From IMG/VR virus record IMGVR_UViG_3300044699_000125, positions 1-56,752 of that record: a DNA stretch of 56,752 nt; one strand, written 5' to 3'. Under the pieces are notes generated by a model that saw only the letters and a program-made list of their open reading frames with translations, was not told where the DNA came from and did no database searches. Position numbers and translations under genes: made by a program. Position 1 is the stretch's first letter; the number at the start of each line of letters is the position of its first letter. Of this stretch, positions 52,710-56,752 are shown piece by piece. The stretch is from a virus. Its lineage: Duplodnaviria; Caudoviricetes.

Positions 52710-53839
52710 GTGACGATCCTCCTGATGAAATGAGGGCAGGTGAAGTGGTAGTGGTCCAGCCGCGGACGAGCGACGGCGCGACGCGCATTTCGCTGGACGC
52801 CAATCGCGGCTCTGCGATCAGCTTTTGCAGCAGCAGGGGCGCCGTGACGCCCGACCTCCGCCATCGGCATCTCCAGGCGCGTGGGCCCGTACTCGCGCGG
52901 CGCATCACTTCCCGCCGAGGCGACGGTGTAGGAGCACCCGACAATGCTGAGCTGCCGCGGCAGCTCAAAGTCGGCCGAACGCAGCAGACGCGTGATCGAA
53001 TCGACTGCGTCGGCCTCAGGGGCCATCAGCGCGGTCGGACGCGGCTCGCTGCGCAGCCACTGGGCGAACTGATGGACGGCGGGCGCGCCGGTCGGGGGGC
53101 CGTACCAGATGTTCTTGGTGCGCAGCAGCGCCGCGTCGTCGCGCTCCAGTCCCAGTTCGTCGACGGCGGCGATGAATCCGCTCCGCAATTCCTGTTGGTA
53201 CACCAGCGTCATGCTGCCGCCCAGGAAGGCGATCCGGCGGTGCCCGAGCGACGCGAGGTGCTCGACGACGAGACGGCTGGCGGCCAGGTAATCGATGGTG
53301 ACGTTGTGCACTAGCCCGCGAGTGCAGCGGTGGTCGCCCAGGATCACGAACGGCAAGCCCGCGGCGCGCAGGCGGCTGGCGGCGGCGTCGTCGACCTGTC
53401 CGACGACGAGCCAGCCGTCGACGCCGCCGGCCCGGGTGATCCGCTCGATCTTGTCCCAGTCCGTGCGTCCCGCCCCGCGCACGAACAGGAGGTTCGCCTG
53501 GATCTTGGAGAGTTCCTGCTCGGCGCCGCGGAGGAACTCGAGGAAGACGAAGTCGAGGCCTTCGGGCTGTCCGCTGAGGAGGATGATGCCCGCCTGCTCG
53601 AGCGGGGTCGCGCGGACGTTGGACCTGGTGCGCGCCAGGAGTCGCGCGCCATGGTTGCGGACGAACCCGAGCCGTGCCGCCGCCTCGGCGACGCGCTGCC
53701 GCGTCTTGGGGGCGACGCGCGGGTGATCGTTGAGCGCCAGCGACGCCGTCGTCCGCGAGACCCCCGCGGCCCGCGCCAAGTCGGCCCAGGCGCGCGTGCG
53801 CATGGCCGGCGAGCGGCGGACGTCGGAGGAGACGACCAT
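52706..53839 (-). CDS. LacI-family regulator
   Basis: ADLARAAGVSRTTASLALNDHPRVAPKTRQRV...HLASLGHRRIAF...PTAL. Confidence 0.9.
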   Translation of the reverse strand: MVVSSDVRRSPAMRTRAWADLARAAGVSRTTASLALNDHPRVAPKTRQRVAEAAARLGFVRNHGARLLARTRSNVRATPLEQAGIILLSGQPEGLDFVFLEFLRGAEQELSKIQANLLFVRGAGRTDWDKIERITRAGGVDGWLVVGQVDDAAASRLRAAGLPFVILGDHRCTRGLVHNVTIDYLAASRLVVEHLASLGHRRIAFLGGSMTLVYQQELRSGFIAAVDELGLERDDAALLRTKNIWYGPPTGAPAVHQFAQWLRSEPRPTALMAPEADAVDSITRLLRSADFELPRQLSIVGCSYTVASAGSDAPREYGPTRLEMPMAEVGRHGAPAAAKADRRAAIGVQRNARRAVARPRLDHYHFTCPHFIRRIVT

Positions 53840-53993
53840 GCGGCTAGCTTACCCTTGCGACGCACCGCGTTCAAGCAAAAAATGCAATATGTGTTGCACA
53901 CAAAAGAACCACAGAACCGGCCGTTTAGATGCACAGATTCGGCAAATTACAGATCGTGTTGCGGAAAGCGGCTGCTCAGCAACTCGGGGCGGG

Positions 53994-54779
53994 TCACTTA
54001 GGAGGGTCGTTCCAGAGGTCTTGGTAAACGTATTTCCCGGTTTTGCTCATGGGCGCCGTCGCCTCGACGTGGCCGTCCATGTATAGCGCGTTCAGCGTGC
54101 GGCCGGGGTGCCGATAGGCGTAGCCGGTCTCGGGCAGGAACGGCGGCCCGAAGGGCTGGTCGATGCCCCAGTCGTAGTAGGCCAGGACCCAGAAGCCGCC
54201 CCAGTCCGGGGTGTCGACGACGATTCGCGCCTCGTGCGCCGGCATCGTCTCCGGCCCCTTGAGGAATCCCTTGCGGTAGCACTTCTCCGCCGGCGCGCTG
54301 CCTCCGAGGTATGAGGCGCCGAACTTCACGACGCTGAGATTCATGACATAGCTGCCGCCCATGTTTTCGGCGTCGAAGAAGGTCTGGCCGTTCATGCCGT
54401 ACAGGCCACTGCCGATCTCAGCGGGGCAGCGCGTGACCGCGAAGCGCGTCTGCCAGAGCCCGAACAGCGGGCCGCGGAACTGCTCCATGGCGCCCAGGTA
54501 CTTGGTCTTCCCAAGCACGTGATAGAACGTCGCGCCGCGTGTGTCGTTAACGGTCGGCCAGATCGGGTTCGCGTACCCGTGCCCCGGGATGTAGTCGTGG
54601 TTGTCGGTCGCGTAGTTGTAGAGCGCCATACCGATCTGGCGGAGGTTCGACTGACATTGCAGCGCGATCGCCTGCGTGCGCGCCTTGCGCAGCGCCGGCA
54701 TGAGGATCGCGATCAGCAGCGCGATGATGCCGACGACGACGAGCAGCTCGACGAGGGTGAACGCCTTCTTCTTCCTCAC
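53994..54779 (-). CDS. Prepilin-type N-terminal cleavage/methylation protein with H-X9-DG motif
   Basis: [26 protein letters not shown]...CQSNLRQIG; [17 protein letters not shown]. Confidence 0.93.
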   Translation of the reverse strand: MRKKKAFTLVELLVVVGIIALLIAILMPALRKARTQAIALQCQSNLRQIGMALYNYATDNHDYIPGHGYANPIWPTVNDTRGATFYHVLGKTKYLGAMEQFRGPLFGLWQTRFAVTRCPAEIGSGLYGMNGQTFFDAENMGGSYVMNLSVVKFGASYLGGSAPAEKCYRKGFLKGPETMPAHEARIVVDTPDWGGFWVLAYYDWGIDQPFGPPFLPETGYAYRHPGRTLNALYMDGHVEATAPMSKTGKYVYQDLWNDPPK

Positions 54780-54789
54780 GGTAACAACC

Positions 54790-56293
54790 TCACCTGCGCG
54801 TCGCGCGGCCGCGGCGCGCTACCACCCCCATCGCGAGGACGCCCATCGCCATCGCCACCGACGGCTCGGGCAGCACGACGTTGGTCAGCAGGATTTGCTT
54901 GTTTGTCGTGTCGTTCACCAGCGATCCGTACGACCCGTCGGGATAGGGGAACGTGATCGAGTTGAGCATCGGCGTGCCGGTGAGCGTGCCGCCGTATTGC
55001 ATCAGCAGCAAGGTGCTACCCGACACCCATCCGCCGCCGTTGCTCAGGGCGAGGTTGAAGGTGCCGAGCGTCGCATTGCCGGCGACACTGATCAACCCGC
55101 TATCAGCGCCGGCGGCGTAGCCAAGGTTGATGATGTTCTCGCCCACGAAAGTGCCCGCTGTGAGGGTCTGGCTGAGCAGGTTGAGCGTCGAGCCGTTGCG
55201 AATGGTCGCGGTTGCCGGAGGTCGTCAGATCGCTGACCATGCGCACGTTGCCGTTGGAATCGCTTCCGTCGTGGTTTCCACCCGCGGCGCCGATGTCACC
55301 GATCAGCAAGTCGACGCCCGCCATGTCGTGCGCCATGAAGACCGTGCTGGGCGTGGACGGGCTGCCGTAGAACATCAGCGTATCCGATCCAACGGGGCTG
55401 ACCGGCGTGTTTGAATTATCGCGGAAGGAGATCGTCGAGTTATCGATGTAATTCCCCTTCACCGCGAGCTTGGCGTTGAGCGCGAAGCGGATCTGATCCG
55501 TTGCCTTAGCGACCAGCACGTTGCCCTGCACGGTGCGGTCGCCGCCGAGGTTGTCCAGCTGCATGACGAACGGCCCCGCCGCCGAACGGTCCGTAGCTGT
55601 CGCTGGCAGTGGCTGAGCCGACTTGGACATTTCCGATCGTTGCGTTGCTGGGATTCTGGAAGTTGATGTTGGTGCTGCCGAAAGGGTTTCGCAGGATGAG
55701 ATTGGAGTTGGGATCGAAGTTGACGCTTCCGAGCCGGATGTTGCCGAACTCTAGAACGAGATTGGTACCCGCACCTATGTAGAAGTCGGGGACTGCTGTT
55801 GGTCGAGCCCATCCCGCTGCCGTAGTTCAGGCTCCCGCCGGGCGTCGAGCTGATGACGCGCATCGCCGCGTTGCCGAGGCTGGGCGTGGCGAACGTGTAC
55901 ATGTAGTGGTTGTTGAGGTCCACGACCAGGTTCGACGGGCCTGGGTGAGGTGTTGGTAAAGTTGAGGCTGCCGGCGCCGCTGAACGTGATGTTTCCGTTG
56001 AGCGTCAGTTGGTTGACGAAGTTGCTGGTCTGCGTCATGTCCACCGCAGAAGAAATGCCGGCGGGGACGTTCATCGTAATCGTGCGATTGCCGCTGGCGT
56101 CCCCGATGACGGCTTTTTCCGCGACCTCGGCGCCGTCGGGAACATTATCGCCGGACCAGTTGCCTGGGACGTTCCAGTTGAAGCTGCCCGAGTTCAGCGG
56201 CCCGTTCGAGCCGCCGCCCCAAGTTCGATCGACGGCGAAGGCCGATCCCCCGACGGCCAGCATCGTCATACAAACAAAGTAACTCAGTCGCAT
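54790..56293 (-). CDS. PEP-CTERM protein, beta-helix-like (frameshifted)
   Basis: Signal peptide, WNVPGNWS...VPD, ends [27 protein letters not shown]; four consecutive ORF pieces. Confidence 0.85.
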
Positions 56294-56297
56294 GCTC

Positions 56298-56752
56298 TCA
56301 CCTCCGAGAAGTGCGTCGCAAGATCACCGGCAGCGATACGACGAGAAGAAGTGCCGCCGTGCCCGGTTCGGGAAGTTGGTCGAAGTTCAAGTTGTCCAAC
56401 GCGAGCAGCCGGTTGCGCCGCTGAACTCGTCGTGTCGCGGACGAGCAGATCGCCTGCCCGCTCAGTTCACCGGCGCCGTTGAAATGTCGCGATGTCTGTC
56501 GTCAGGTCCCCAGCGCGACCGACCCGCTGGCCACCAGCGTCCGTGACGGCCGTGACCTGATCGCTAAGGTTCTTCGACAGGCTCGCATTGTCGATAGAGA
56601 ACCAGTCGGCGGTGACTTGTCCCAGGGACTGGTGCCGGTCGGGCCGTTCCCGTTGAAACGAATCAGGTCGAACGAGTTCACGCGGACCGTATGTGTCGGG
56701 CCGGGCGTGAAGGTGAAGTAGTAGCGGCGGTCGGACTCGGCGGCGCTCTGCC
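56298..56752 (-). CDS. PEP-CTERM protein, 3' part (runs off the window)
   Basis: Ends LDNLNFDQLPEPGTAALLLVVSLPVILRRTSRR. Confidence 0.8.

Noticed and set aside
49670-56752. Right-hand segment as proof of a Planctomycete host
   Set aside because: The junction truncates genes on both sides and shows no integration signature

Overview
Two unrelated segments. (1) 1 to ~49,670 is most of a GC-rich podovirus-type phage genome. It has small early genes, a divergent recombination/replication region (ERF, YqaJ exonuclease, SSB-like protein, SF2 helicase, resolvase-like nuclease), two PEP-CTERM genes with their own sigma-54 regulatory cassette, a ~3,590-aa polyvalent ejection protein, tail and fibre genes, adaptors, major capsid, scaffold and the 3' end of the portal. 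No terminase, integrase, polymerase or endolysin is visible. (2) ~49,670 to 56,752 is Planctomycete (Phycisphaerae-like) chromosomal DNA made of repeated PEP-CTERM / prepilin-type (DUF1559-like) / LacI modules. The join cuts a gene on each side and looks chimeric. Many single-base frameshifts indicate an error-prone consensus. Best candidate for an undescribed system: a ~75-nt minus-strand RNA (~3337-3412) with its own sigma-70 promoter and terminator. Its hairpin loop is complementary to an extended Shine-Dalgarno motif (CTAGGAGCCACCCA) found at about ten phage genes. Also notable: phage-wide enrichment of ACAGA(G)/(C)TCTGT and two overprinted genes inside the giant protein gene. All family assignments are by motif recognition, not database search.
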